Below are positions 44,273-54,489 of a DNA stretch of 64,000 bases, one piece after another. A program made the position numbers and the translations under genes. Positions within the stretch are counted from its first letter, which is position 1. Each line of letters begins with the position of its first letter. The DNA is taken from NCBI GenBank assembly GCA_963833985.1, contig CAWIAD010000001.1:2816001-2880000 (forward strand), read 5' to 3'. The notes under the pieces were generated by a model. It was not told the origin of the DNA and did not search any database. It saw only the letters and a list, made by a program, of their open reading frames with translations. This DNA comes from an uncultured Planctomycetaceae bacterium (GTDB taxonomy: Bacteria > Planctomycetota > Planctomycetia > Isosphaerales > Isosphaeraceae).

Positions 44273-45345
44273 GACCGTGCTCCGTCCTGAGACGTCGGGG
44301 GCTCCCCGGGCGCGGACGTGAGCATCTCAGCGGCCGGGAGAGCACTGCGCCGGAAGAGGCCCTTGACGTCTTCCCAGCCATGCAGCACGGCGCGGACCAG
44401 GCCGTGCAGCATTCCGCTGCCTCCGTAGCGGTACGGGAAGAGTTCCTTCTGGATCCAGAAGAGCGTGCGGTCGATCACCAGGGCCACAACCGGAATGAGC
44501 AGCAGCACCAGGATCACGTGCTCGCGCGGGCCGCGCTTCTGGGACGTATTGATGATGTCGCCGATGCCGCCCGATTCGCTGCCGAACTTGATCACCTCGG
44601 CGAGCATGATGTAGCCGAAAGCCAGCGAGAAGAGCAGCCGCAACGAGTTGAAGACGCTCGGCATGGCCAGCGGCACCAGCACCTTGAAGATCGTTTGCCA
44701 GCGGCCCGCCCCCAGGGTGTACGCGGAATCAACGTAACTCTCGCGCACCTCACCGATCGCCCGGGCCGTGTCCGAGACGATGAACGCCACGCAGGCGATG
44801 AAGATGAACATGATCTTCTGGAGCTCGCCGATACCGAAGAGCGCGAAGGTGAGGGGAATCAGGGCCGCGACCGGGATGTTCCGACCGAACAGCGTCATCG
44901 GCAGGAAGAACGCGTTGACGCGTGAGAAGCAGCCGCAGAGGACGCCCAGGGGCACGCCCACCAGCGTGGCCAGGCCGAAGCCCAGGCCAACCCGCCGCAG
45001 CGTGGTCAGCAGGTTGCGCGTCAGGGCGCGGTCGAACCACAGGGCGTGAAAGCTGGCGAAGGTCTCCCACGGGCTGGAAAGCCCCTTCGAGGGCGAGATA
45101 ATCCGCTCCTCGGGCTCGCCGCGGGTGACGAACCACCAGAGGAAGAGACACACGCCCACCGCGAACAAGCCGATGGCGACCACCTGCCAGTGCGGGGCCT
45201 GCTCGCGCAAACCCAGGAAAAGACGGACGCGCGGCCCCCGGGGGTTTCCGACGGAGGCCGCGGCCGCGGAGGGAAGCGGCCGCGCGGGGCCGGGCTGCGC
45301 GGGAGACGCGGCCGCGGCCGGCTCTTGGGGTGCGGGTGTCGTCAC
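44269..45345 (-). CDS. ABC transporter permease (NitT/TauT type)
   Basis: TM helices; DSAYTLGA EAA-like loop; GIGDII. Confidence 0.9.
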   Translation of the reverse strand: MTTPAPQEPAAAASPAQPGPARPLPSAAAASVGNPRGPRVRLFLGLREQAPHWQVVAIGLFAVGVCLFLWWFVTRGEPEERIISPSKGLSSPWETFASFHALWFDRALTRNLLTTLRRVGLGFGLATLVGVPLGVLCGCFSRVNAFFLPMTLFGRNIPVAALIPLTFALFGIGELQKIMFIFIACVAFIVSDTARAIGEVRESYVDSAYTLGAGRWQTIFKVLVPLAMPSVFNSLRLLFSLAFGYIMLAEVIKFGSESGGIGDIINTSQKRGPREHVILVLLLIPVVALVIDRTLFWIQKELFPYRYGGSGMLHGLVRAVLHGWEDVKGLFRRSALPAAEMLTSAPGEPPTSQDGARS

Positions 45346-45350
45346 GTGGC

Positions 45351-47105
45351 TCAGCCCGCCTTCTCGGCGGTCAGCACCTTGATCTCGACGCGCCGGTTCT
45401 TGGTCTGGTTGAGCGGATCGGAGGGGTCGGCCGGGCGGTCCCAGCCCACGCCGTCCACGTTGAACCGGTTCGGGTCCAGGTCGGGATACTTCTGCACCAG
45501 TGCTTCCTTGATGGAATTGGCCCGGTTCAGGGAAAGCTCCTTCACGAGCGCCGAGGGGACCTGGCCTTTCATGGAGCTGTCGGTATGTCCCTCGATGACA
45601 ATCCGCGCTGCGCCAAACTGGCCGGCGAGCTGGGCAATCTCCTCGAGCACGTTATTCACATTCGGGTCGTACAGCTCCTCGACAGACTTGCCGTCGGTCA
45701 CCCGGGCCACCTTCTTGAACGGGTCCCAGCTATTGGGGAAGAAGTGCATCACCACCGTGTTGGTGAGGATTTCCTCCCCCTCGGCGCGCACGGCCTGGAG
45801 TTCCTTGGGGGCGACCTGCGTGCCGTACTCCACTTTCTGTGCCGCGTACTTCGTATCCTGGCCCAGCTTCTGGATCACCGAGAAGTCCATCACCTGGTCG
45901 AAGGACAAGGGGCGGTGGGTGATGGTGCCGATCCGGCGATAGAGCAGGTACGACCGCTGCCAGGTCCGCTCGAAGTTGGTCGGGTTGTTCTGGTTCACGA
46001 AGAACTGGAAGTTCTCTGCCCAGTTGGTGCTGTGAGCGTCGCCGAGCATTCCCAGGGCGTCGGACGCCGGGATGTTGTACCCGGCCGCCATGAACCTGGA
46101 AACGGTCTGGCGCTCGGGCTCCTGCTTGAGCCGTTCCATCGCGTCGAAAATGCCCCGCGAGATGGACTCGATGATCGGCAGGTTGTCGCGAGCGAAGTCG
46201 GCGCGGGCGAACCAGACGTCGGCAATCAGGTGGTTGGCTTCCCTGGTGGTGACGAGCATGCGGTTGCCTCGCGCCTTCGCCAGGTTGTAAATGTCAGGCG
46301 CCCAGGAGACACAGCCGGCGATGTCTTTCTGGGCGTTGAAGGCGGCCGCGGCCTGGAACGCGTCGTCGGTGAAGACCATGTTCACTTCCGATGGCTGCAC
46401 GCCGCCGGAAACCAGCATGTTCAGGGCGAAGTAGTGCGAGGGCGAGTTCTGCGCCAGAACCAGCTTCTTGCCGCGCAGGTCGGCGACTGTCTTGATGTTC
46501 TCACGCACGACGATGCCGTCGCCGCCGTTGGAGAAATCGACCTGCTGGTAGATCCGCGGCATGATCCGGCTGTCGCGCGGGCTCCCCTGCGCGTCGACGA
46601 AGCTCTCCAGGAACAGGGGCACCATGTCCAGCGTCGCCCAGCCGATGTGCACCTCGCCGGCGGCATAGGCGTCGCGCATCTGGACGGGGTTGTCGATGAG
46701 GACCAGGTCCACCTTGAAGCTCTTGCCGTCGTCCGTCTTCCATTCCTTGCCGGCCTTGAACCCGTCGTTGGCCAGGACGATCGGCGCCCAGCCGGCCCAG
46801 ACGTTCAAGGCAAACCGGACGGTGTTGTCCTGGAGCGGCTTGTAGGCGGCCGTTCCCTTCACCGGCGGCAGCTTCTCGGCCGGCTTGAAGCTGTATTCCT
46901 TGACCGTCGTGGGGCTTGCGGTATCACCCGATTCGGCGGTTTGCTCGGCGCCCAGCTCTTTCGGTTCGATCTTCCCTGGCGGCTCGCCCGGCGCCGCCGG
47001 CCTGGGGGCGACGACGTCGCTACGGTAGACCGCAAACCCGATGAGTCCCAGAACGACCAGCGCCAGGGCCACGTAAAACACTGGCTTCGGCTGTCCGGCG
47101 GCCAT
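45351..47105 (-). CDS. SsuA/NMT1-like substrate-binding protein fused to a C-terminal OmpA-like domain
   Basis: WAGWAP, DFSNGGDGIV, DLRGKK, then IEGHTDS, LSLNRA, NRRVEI. Confidence 0.85.
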   Translation of the reverse strand: MAAGQPKPVFYVALALVVLGLIGFAVYRSDVVAPRPAAPGEPPGKIEPKELGAEQTAESGDTASPTTVKEYSFKPAEKLPPVKGTAAYKPLQDNTVRFALNVWAGWAPIVLANDGFKAGKEWKTDDGKSFKVDLVLIDNPVQMRDAYAAGEVHIGWATLDMVPLFLESFVDAQGSPRDSRIMPRIYQQVDFSNGGDGIVVRENIKTVADLRGKKLVLAQNSPSHYFALNMLVSGGVQPSEVNMVFTDDAFQAAAAFNAQKDIAGCVSWAPDIYNLAKARGNRMLVTTREANHLIADVWFARADFARDNLPIIESISRGIFDAMERLKQEPERQTVSRFMAAGYNIPASDALGMLGDAHSTNWAENFQFFVNQNNPTNFERTWQRSYLLYRRIGTITHRPLSFDQVMDFSVIQKLGQDTKYAAQKVEYGTQVAPKELQAVRAEGEEILTNTVVMHFFPNSWDPFKKVARVTDGKSVEELYDPNVNNVLEEIAQLAGQFGAARIVIEGHTDSSMKGQVPSALVKELSLNRANSIKEALVQKYPDLDPNRFNVDGVGWDRPADPSDPLNQTKNRRVEIKVLTAEKAG

Positions 47106-47554
47106 TGAGAATGCACCTTTCTCTGGACGATTTGTGACATTGACGGGGGCGGGGTCCACGGCGCCGGCAGCCCCGCGCGTTGTTGACTCAGAGTAATGCC
47201 GGCGGCACGCTCAAGCAAGCCGATAGGCCCGGAGAAGAACCCTGGGTGTATCTTCGCCGCACCGGGGCAGTTCTTGGACCCCTGGCTCGACGGACGGCCC
47301 GGCCTCTCCATGGCTGACTTGCGGAAGCGGACCGGCAGATCCGCCCGCAGATCCGGGATCATCCCGGTTGCGTTTCTTCGCGCAGTTGGCCATAATCCGC
47401 CGGCACGTGCGGGCATGCGAACGTAATCCTCTTGTCGCGGGCATGATTGGGCCGCAAGATCGGCACCCGCCCACGGCCCGGACGAGGACGCGACGAAGCC
47501 CACTCCTCCGGCTGGGATCCGCCAGCTTCAGAACATCAGGAAGGGAGTACCACC

Positions 47555-48382
47555 ATGAAGACATTGACGTCACTGGGAGCGACCTTGACACTGCTGGCCG
47601 CCGGCTTCGGACCCCGGTTGGCGCAGGCTGATACGATCCCGATCGCCGTTTCCGGCTTGAACCAGGACATGGTCGTCGAGGCCGGCGCGGTGAACGACCC
47701 GACCAGCCACTACCTGAACGCGGTCACGGCGACGATGGACGCCGGCACCGCGAAAACCGGGTTCACCTGGTATGAGAGCGGGCTGGCCGGCGGTACCGGG
47801 GGCGGTCTGCCGGCCTCGGGCGTCATCACCAGCACGGCCGACCCGACAACCCGGTTCCAGCTCGGCCCTTACACGGGCCCCAATGCGCTCTTGCTCGATT
47901 CGGGCAACACTTCCGGCACACTCACGTTCAAGACGCCGCAAGAGTTTTCGGGGCTTTCCTTCCTCACCACCACCGGTTCGGCGTTCTTCGGAACACCCAT
48001 CGTCAGTCTCACCCTGCACTTCGCGGACGGCAGCACAGCCGTGAGCGGCCTGAGCTTCGTCTCACCCGATTGGTTCACGAGCATTCCAGCCGCGGTGAGC
48101 GGGAACGGACGAATCGACCCCGGTACCGCCGCGTTCGACCAGGTTGGCAGCGGCAATCCGCGCATCTTCCAGGAGAACGTGACGCTGCCCGCGAGCGTCT
48201 GGGCCCACCCGATCGCCAGCATTGATCTGTCCTGGAATTCCGGCGGCTCGAACAACTCCGAGACGGCCATCTTTGCCATCAGCGGCACGGTCCCCGAGCC
48301 GGCCTCGCTCGGCCTGCTGGGTATCGGCATGGCGGCGGTGGCACTGGGTGCCCGCCATCGCGCGGCAAGACGCCGGGCATGA
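47555..48382 (+). CDS. PEP-CTERM sorting domain protein
   Basis: Signal peptide; C-terminal VPEPASLGLLGIG..RHRAARRRA. Confidence 0.92.
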   Translation: MKTLTSLGATLTLLAAGFGPRLAQADTIPIAVSGLNQDMVVEAGAVNDPTSHYLNAVTATMDAGTAKTGFTWYESGLAGGTGGGLPASGVITSTADPTTRFQLGPYTGPNALLLDSGNTSGTLTFKTPQEFSGLSFLTTTGSAFFGTPIVSLTLHFADGSTAVSGLSFVSPDWFTSIPAAVSGNGRIDPGTAAFDQVGSGNPRIFQENVTLPASVWAHPIASIDLSWNSGGSNNSETAIFAISGTVPEPASLGLLGIGMAAVALGARHRAARRRA

Positions 48383-48429
48383 CCCCTGGCTCCTGCCCAG
48401 CAGATGCCGGGACGACGCAATTGCAATCG

Positions 48430-48722
48430 CGATCGGGTGGGACAGACGACGCAGGCGGCGCATCCCGCCTTCGTGCGCTGGGTTGCGCGTCGCAAACGAC
48501 GCTGACCCACCCTACGCGCTCGCCGTTCAGACAATCGGTGGGCCTCGCAATGCTCGACCCACCCTACGCGATCACGGCGCGAATGGTTGCGGCGGAAACG
48601 ACAGGTCCAGACAATCGGTGGGCCTCGCAATGCTCGACCCACCCTACGCGATCATCCCGCGTTCGTGCGGTGGGTTGCGCGTCGCAAGTAGCTAGGGTGG
48701 GTCAGACGACGCAGCCGGCGCA
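48430..48722. repeat. BIME-like cluster of REP palindromes
   Basis: cagacaatcggtgggcctcgcaatgctcgacccaccctacgcgatca twice, plus gggtgggWcagacgacgcag and gggttgcgcgtcgcaa units; the same units occur at 54003-54215. Confidence 0.85.
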
Positions 48723-48737
48723 ACTCACCGTTCGCGT

Positions 48738-49148
48738 TCAGGATGACGAACGCAGCAGGGCACGGAAGCCGGCCTGCTCGAAATGATGGTCGCCGGTCAG
48801 CGCGTCGGTTACTCCGCGCTCGGCCATCACGACAAACGAGATGCAGTCGGTGAGCGACCATGCCTTGTCGGGGCGGTCGGCGTACAGGTCAAGGCCACGG
48901 TCGAAGAGAGCCTGGCTCGCAGGTACGATCTCCACGGTCTGCAACTGACGAAATCCTTCGATCAGACGCAGGAACAGGGGCCGATTGGCCGGGGACGCCA
49001 TCGCGTCGGCGACCTCTGTCAACACCCAGGCCGTCGTGAGTAAAGAGTTACGCCCCTCCAGCGTCGCCCGCAGCGCGGTGGGGTGGGCCGCGTCGCGTGG
49101 GTTGAGCAGAGCCACGAAGTAGAAGGCGTCCGCGAAGTGGGGCGTCAT
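48738..49148 (-). CDS. vapC: PIN-domain (VapC-like) toxin
   Basis: FADAFYFVALLN, VLTE, WSLTDCISFVVM, LTGDHHFEQAGF. Confidence 0.9.
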   Translation of the reverse strand: MTPHFADAFYFVALLNPRDAAHPTALRATLEGRNSLLTTAWVLTEVADAMASPANRPLFLRLIEGFRQLQTVEIVPASQALFDRGLDLYADRPDKAWSLTDCISFVVMAERGVTDALTGDHHFEQAGFRALLRSSS

Positions 49149-49372
49149 CGCCTGGGCTGTCCGTGCAGGTAATGGTCCAGTTGCTCGGCCATGTCGGGCG
49201 GTAGATCCGTGGCCTGACCGGCCACGCTGAGCAGCAGGTTACGGAGTTCTGCCAGGTCCCGCGTCATTTCCTCCGGCTCGACGCGGACCTTCATGCCCTC
49301 GGGGAGTGGGGGCGTGCCCGCGTCAAGCACGATCACGCCGTTCTGAACCTGCCCGGTGTACGTCTCGGCCAT
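49145..49372 (-). CDS. Cognate antitoxin (75 aa)
   Basis: YTGQVQNGVIVL..LPEGMKVRV..DMAEQLDHYLHG; overlaps the toxin start. Confidence 0.8.
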   Translation of the reverse strand: MAETYTGQVQNGVIVLDAGTPPLPEGMKVRVEPEEMTRDLAELRNLLLSVAGQATDLPPDMAEQLDHYLHGQPRR

Positions 49373-49452
49373 GGGGCACCTCCGAAGGGAATTGTAACAC
49401 CCGAAGCGCCTGGGTGTCCTTTGCTCACGGGCGCAGGGATGCGCGGGGTCGG

Positions 49453-50230
49453 TCAGTGGCCGAGCGACTCGGCCCAGTGGCGATCCCCCGGGCTCAGCGG
49501 GATCTTCTCCGGCAGCGGCGTGCCGTGCCGCACGAGCCGGCCGAACCGGCCGAGGCGATAGGTCATCTCGAAGGCCTCTGCCAGGGGGAGCAGCACGTCG
49601 GCGTCGGGCGGCGCGGAGCGGGATGGGGAGCGACGGCAGGGGGTGGCGGATCGTCCAGGCGTAGACCTGGGCGTCCGGCCGGCGGTCCGCGTGGGCGATG
49701 AGGGCGCGGTAGTGATGGGGCGGCAGGGGCCGGCCCAGGGGCGTCGGGTGGCCGCCCAGCAGCAGGTCGATCTCGACGATGTGGACAGGCCGCGCGATCA
49801 GAGCGGCCAGCTTGTCGAGATAGTCGTCCCGCCCCGCACCGGCCTTGTTCATCGGCGAGAGGAACTCGATGACGGTCACCAGCTCCAGGTCGGGGAGCCG
49901 CTTGATCTCGATCCAGCGCTCGCGGACCTCAATCTCGGCGGCGGCCAGCGGCACGGTGATGGGCTCGAGCGTCGCCACCGCACCGCCCGAGGTCGGACCA
50001 AAGAACGCAGGCGCATCCGGCTCCCTCCCGATGAGTACATCGGGCACGCGGTCCTCCGCCGGGTATTCGATGGCCAGCGTCTTCACCCGGGTCTCGATCT
50101 GGGAGACATATTCCTCGGGCAGGTGCTGATTCAGGATTCCCGAGCAATGGGCGACGAGGAACGCATGGAAGCCCTCCCACAAGCCCATGACCTCGATGTA
50201 AGGGTCCATTCCAGGGAAAGGGCAGGTCAT
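49453..50230 (-). CDS. DUF4058 family protein (frameshift near 49615)
   Basis: PFPGMDPYIE, VTVIEFLSPMNK, HIVEIDLL, LPSLPIPL; the C-terminus continues in a shifted frame. Confidence 0.85.
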
Positions 50231-50317
50231 CGCTCGCCTCCGGCAGGGTCAACAATCGCGACGCGTTCATTGTAACCGCGCGGGGAACCGGGTCCCAGGC
50301 GAGCCCCACGCGGACCC

Positions 50318-53300
50318 TCACGGCGCGAACGGCTGCTGGGGAAACGCCAGGTCCAGCATCAGGAGCGGGAAATCCCGGCGGCCGCGGAGCGGGGCCAGAT
50401 CGGGCTCGTAACGATACTGGGCCGGGTTGCGATAGCCCCTGGCGGCGGCCTGACGGAGGTCGTCCATGGCCCGGTCGGCCAGATCGGACGCCTTGCTGGC
50501 AGCCGACAGCGTCGCGCAGGCGCAGGCCGTCCTGAGCCACTCGCGGCCGTCACGCGAGGGCAACTCCTCGAAGAGCGCGACGGCCCTGCGGGCGTCCGCG
50601 TCGGCCCCGGCGGAGTCGCCGGCGTCGAGCTTCAGCCGGGCGAGCCGCCTGAGGGCGTCGGCCAGGCGGGAGCGGTATCCTGGCGCCTTCGGCTGGGCCG
50701 CGGCCAGGGACTCGGCCCGCGCGATCGCCTGGTTGAGGCGTTCGCGGGCCTCACGGGTCCGGCCGAGGCCGCGGAGGGCGTCGCTGCTGGAGATGAGCAC
50801 GCTGACCAGCCAATCGCGATAATCGGGGACATTCGGGGCGGCCTGGGCGAGCGCCTCCAGCAGCGATCGGGCGTGCTCCAGCTCCTCCATCGCCTCGGCG
50901 GGCCGGCCCGCCGCCACGAGCAGGGCGCCGACCCGGCCGTGGCTGGCGGCCAGGTTGCGGCGGTAGTCGGGGACTTCGGGGTGATCGGCGGCCAGGGCCC
51001 AGAACATCTCCACGCACTTCCGCTGCTCGGCCAGTGCGCCGGCCAGGTCGCCGGTCCTCTCGAGCAGGACACCGACCCTGGTGTGGCTGATGGCCAGATT
51101 GCTGCGGTACTCGGGAACGGCGGGGTAGTCGGCGGCAAGAGCCTGGAACATCTCCAGATTCTTCCGGTGCTCTGACATCGCCCCGGCCAGGTCGCCCGTC
51201 TGCTCCAGCACATTGCCGATCCAGTTGTGGCTGACCGCCAGGCCGCGGCGGTAGTCGGGTACGGCGGGGTGCTCGGCGGCCAGGGCCCGGAATATGTCCT
51301 GGAACATCCGCTGCTCGGCCAGTGCGCCGGCCAGGTCGCCGGTCCTCTCGAGCAGGACACCGACCCTGGTGTGGCTGATGGCCAGATTGCTGCGGTACTC
51401 GGGAACGGCGGGGTAGTCGGCGGCAAGAGCCTGGAACATCTCCAGATTCTTCCGGTGCTCTGACATCGCCCCGGCCAGGTCGCCCGTCTGCTCCAGCACA
51501 TTGCCGATCCAGTTGTGGCTGACCGCCAGGCCGCGGCGGTAGTCGGGTACGGCGGGGTGCTCGGCGGCCAGGGCCCGGAATATGTCCTGGAACATCCGCT
51601 GCTCGGCCAGTGCGCCGGGCAGGTCGCCGATCTTGTCCAGGATATTGCCGACCGAGTTGTGGCTGACGGCCAGCTCCTTGCGGTAGTCGGGTACGGCGGG
51701 CGTGTCGCGGGTGAGAGCCTCACGCACCCGCAGGGCCTGGCGGAAGGACGCCAGCGCTTCGGCGTCCTTCCCGGTCGCCACGAGGGCTTCGCCGGCATCG
51801 TGGTGGGCAGCCCCGAGCGCCCGGCGGGCCTCGACCGCCGCGTTCGGCTTCGCGGCCAGCGGCTCGGCCAGGGCGCGGGCCTCCTCGTGCGCCGTCAGTG
51901 CCCCGGCGTGGTCGCCGAGCTTGAGAACATCCTCGCCCAGGCCGTTCAGCGCCCGGGCGAGCGCGACCCGCTCCGACGCCCCGGCACCGGGCACAGCCGC
52001 CAGCTCGCGGCGGATCGTCACCGCCTTCTTCCAAACCTCCAGCGCCTCGGGCTTCTGGCCGATCTTGTCGATCAGCTCCCCCAGCTCGGCGTACGATTCG
52101 GCCAGGATCGCCTTCGAGGCGGCGTCCTCCTGGCCCCGGAGCAGATCGCCCAGACGGTCGTAGAACTTCCGCGCCGAGCCCAGCAGCTTGTCCCGCAAGG
52201 GTCGCAGCCGGTCTTCCTTGAGCGTCTCTTCTTCCTCGACCCCGGTCTTGAACGAGCGGATCGCCTCGCGCGCCAGCTCGAACCGGGCCTGCACGCGGCC
52301 GTTGGCCTCGCCCAGCGCCGTGTTGGCCGCGTCCTTCTGGACGATCGCCTCGCGGAGGCTGACGTTGGCCCGGTCCAGGGCATTGTTCTTGGCCGCCAGC
52401 ACGGCGTTGGACTGCCTTTGCACGCCCAGCACGGCCGCCAGCCCTATGAGCGCCGCCAGGCCCGCTGCGCCGAGGGCCGTCACGCCCGTGCGATGCCGCG
52501 CCAGCCAGCGCGTCAGTCTGCGCGTCCAGGGGTCGGGATAGGCCGCGACCGGTTCGTCGGCCATCCACCGCTCGATGTCCTCGGCCAGTGCCCGGCCACT
52601 CGTGTAGCGATCCTCGGGCTCGAGCGACATCGCCTTCAGGCAAACCGCTTCGAGTGCCTGGTCGATCGAGGGGTCAACCTGCCGCGGGGGCGTGAATTCG
52701 CCCCGCTGGACCGTGCGGAGGATGGCGCCGAGGTCATCGCCCTCCTGTGGCGGCTTGCCGGTCAGCAGGCAATAGAGCGTCGCGCCCAGCGAGTAGACGT
52801 CGGAGCGCGGCCCGAGCTGGTCCAGGTCGCCGCGCGCCTGCTCGGGGCTCATGTAGGCCGGCGTGCCCAGGGCGCTGCCAGGCTGGGTTTCCGACGAGCC
52901 GCTGGCCGAGCTGGGCACGAGCGTGCGCTCCTCGGCGCCGGGCTCGCCCTTGCCGGTGGCCTTCGCCAGTCCCCAATCGACCACCAGCGTCTCGCCGTGC
53001 TTGCCGACGATGATGTTGCCCGGCTTGATATCGCGGTGGAGCACGCCGCGACTGTGGGCGTAATCGATCGCGTTGCAGACGTCGGTGAACCGCCGGAGCA
53101 ACTTCCGCAGCGCCAGCGACCTCTTGCCGGGATCGTTTCTCAGGGTCTCATCGCCGTGGAATCGCTCGATGGCCTCCTTGAGCGAGTCTCCCCGGATGAA
53201 CCGCATGGCGTAGTAGGGCCGGCCGTCGCCGTAGCTTCCCAGCCCATAGACCGGGACGATGCCCGGATGCTCGAGCCCGCCGGTGACCTCGGCCTCGACG

Positions 53301-53854
53301 AGAAAGCGCTGACGGCTGTTCGAGTCGTCCGCGTGGTGATCGAGGATCTGCTTCAGGGCCACCTCGCGATTCAGCTCCGAATCGAGCGCGACGAAGACCG
53401 CCCCCAATCCGCCCCGGGCGTGCGGCCGGAGGACGCGGAACCGCTGGCCGTCAGACGTGGCCGTGCCGACGGCGTAGCTGGCCGTGCGGTCGGCGTCGCC
53501 GTCGCCGTCCTCGGTCGAGCCGTGGACGGAGGCGACGTGGCCCAGCGTGGCATCGATGTCCGGGTCGCCGAGGTTGACCAGACTATCACTCGTGGACTTG
53601 CCGGCCGAAACGGCCGCCAGGCTCTTTTCCACGTCTCCGCCGTGGGCCTCGAGGTGAACATCGACGAGGGCCTCGACCAGGGCCCGCCTGGCCGTGGCCA
53701 GCTCCCCGCGCTGCTGGAGGTAGTCGGCCAGGCTGCGGGTTTTGTCCAGGGTCCAGGCCTGGAAGGCGAGCACGAGCTGGGCCTGGTTGATGATGCCGTT
53801 CTGGAGCGCCAGGAGTCCAAACAGCAGCTCTCGATCTGCGGCGACGGCTGCCAT
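50318..53854 (-). CDS. Ser/Thr protein kinase with TM segment and TPR repeats
   Basis: HARGGLGAV, VALK, HRDIKPGN, DWGLAK, GTPAYMSPEQ; 48-aa repeats (PDYRxxLAxSH). Confidence 0.93.
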   Translation of the reverse strand: MAAVAADRELLFGLLALQNGIINQAQLVLAFQAWTLDKTRSLADYLQQRGELATARRALVEALVDVHLEAHGGDVEKSLAAVSAGKSTSDSLVNLGDPDIDATLGHVASVHGSTEDGDGDADRTASYAVGTATSDGQRFRVLRPHARGGLGAVFVALDSELNREVALKQILDHHADDSNSRQRFLVEAEVTGGLEHPGIVPVYGLGSYGDGRPYYAMRFIRGDSLKEAIERFHGDETLRNDPGKRSLALRKLLRRFTDVCNAIDYAHSRGVLHRDIKPGNIIVGKHGETLVVDWGLAKATGKGEPGAEERTLVPSSASGSSETQPGSALGTPAYMSPEQARGDLDQLGPRSDVYSLGATLYCLLTGKPPQEGDDLGAILRTVQRGEFTPPRQVDPSIDQALEAVCLKAMSLEPEDRYTSGRALAEDIERWMADEPVAAYPDPWTRRLTRWLARHRTGVTALGAAGLAALIGLAAVLGVQRQSNAVLAAKNNALDRANVSLREAIVQKDAANTALGEANGRVQARFELAREAIRSFKTGVEEEETLKEDRLRPLRDKLLGSARKFYDRLGDLLRGQEDAASKAILAESYAELGELIDKIGQKPEALEVWKKAVTIRRELAAVPGAGASERVALARALNGLGEDVLKLGDHAGALTAHEEARALAEPLAAKPNAAVEARRALGAAHHDAGEALVATGKDAEALASFRQALRVREALTRDTPAVPDYRKELAVSHNSVGNILDKIGDLPGALAEQRMFQDIFRALAAEHPAVPDYRRGLAVSHNWIGNVLEQTGDLAGAMSEHRKNLEMFQALAADYPAVPEYRSNLAISHTRVGVLLERTGDLAGALAEQRMFQDIFRALAAEHPAVPDYRRGLAVSHNWIGNVLEQTGDLAGAMSEHRKNLEMFQALAADYPAVPEYRSNLAISHTRVGVLLERTGDLAGALAEQRKCVEMFWALAADHPEVPDYRRNLAASHGRVGALLVAAGRPAEAMEELEHARSLLEALAQAAPNVPDYRDWLVSVLISSSDALRGLGRTREARERLNQAIARAESLAAAQPKAPGYRSRLADALRRLARLKLDAGDSAGADADARRAVALFEELPSRDGREWLRTACACATLSAASKASDLADRAMDDLRQAAARGYRNPAQYRYEPDLAPLRGRRDFPLLMLDLAFPQQPFAP
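51020..51618. repeat. Perfect 288-bp tandem duplication within the kinase TPR region
   Basis: Identical sequence at offsets 51020 and 51308, partial third at 51596; identical 96-aa peptide twice. Confidence 0.9.
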
Positions 53855-53899
53855 GAGGCGGGCCTCCCGGAAACCAGGTGAAGACGATCTTGCTCTGAC

Positions 53900-54293
53900 C
53901 CCCAACTCGGAGGACGCCGGGCACGATGCGCAGGATCGGCTGCATTATGTCATGGACCGGCGAGGAATGCACATTCGCGGTCGACGTCCGACCTGTTCTC
54001 AGTGGTGCGGTGGGTTGCGCGTCGCAAGCGACGCTGATCCGACCTACGGGCTGCGACATTCGCCGTTCAGACAATCGGTGGGCCTCGCAATGCTCGACCC
54101 ACCCTACGCGCTGCGAGCCCGTCATTCGGTTCACGGCGCGAATGGCGGCTGCGGATACGAGGGTCCAGTGGTCGGGTGGGTCAGACGACGCAGGCGGCGC
54201 ATCCCACCGGTGCAGTGGGCTGGCCCCAACGCCGGAGGCCGCCGGACACGATGCGCAGGATCGGCTGCATTATGTCATGGACCGGTGAGGAAT
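53900..54293. repeat. ~70-bp direct repeats enclosing a REP cluster
   Basis: cacgatgcgcaggatcggctgcattatgtcatggaccggYgaggaat at 53922 and 54247; REP units lie between. Confidence 0.85.
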
Positions 54294-54489
54294 TCGACGC
54301 GGGAGGTGAACGCGGAAGCTTCGCGCGCGGCACTCTCGGATCGCGGGTCCGTCCGGGCTGAGACAGGCGATGGCCGACGTCGGCCCGAGCGAGCGAAAGT
54401 GCGTGATGAGCAAGCAGACGGGGGGGAATGGAAAACAACCGCTCGCCGGCGTGAACTCATCGGCCGGCGAGCGGTTTGGGTTTGGAGCC

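Noticed and set aside
49145..50230. DUF4058-antitoxin fusion (361 aa)
   Set aside because: A frameshift near 49615 joins two separate genes; the antitoxin has its own SD (ggagg) and ATG at 49372.
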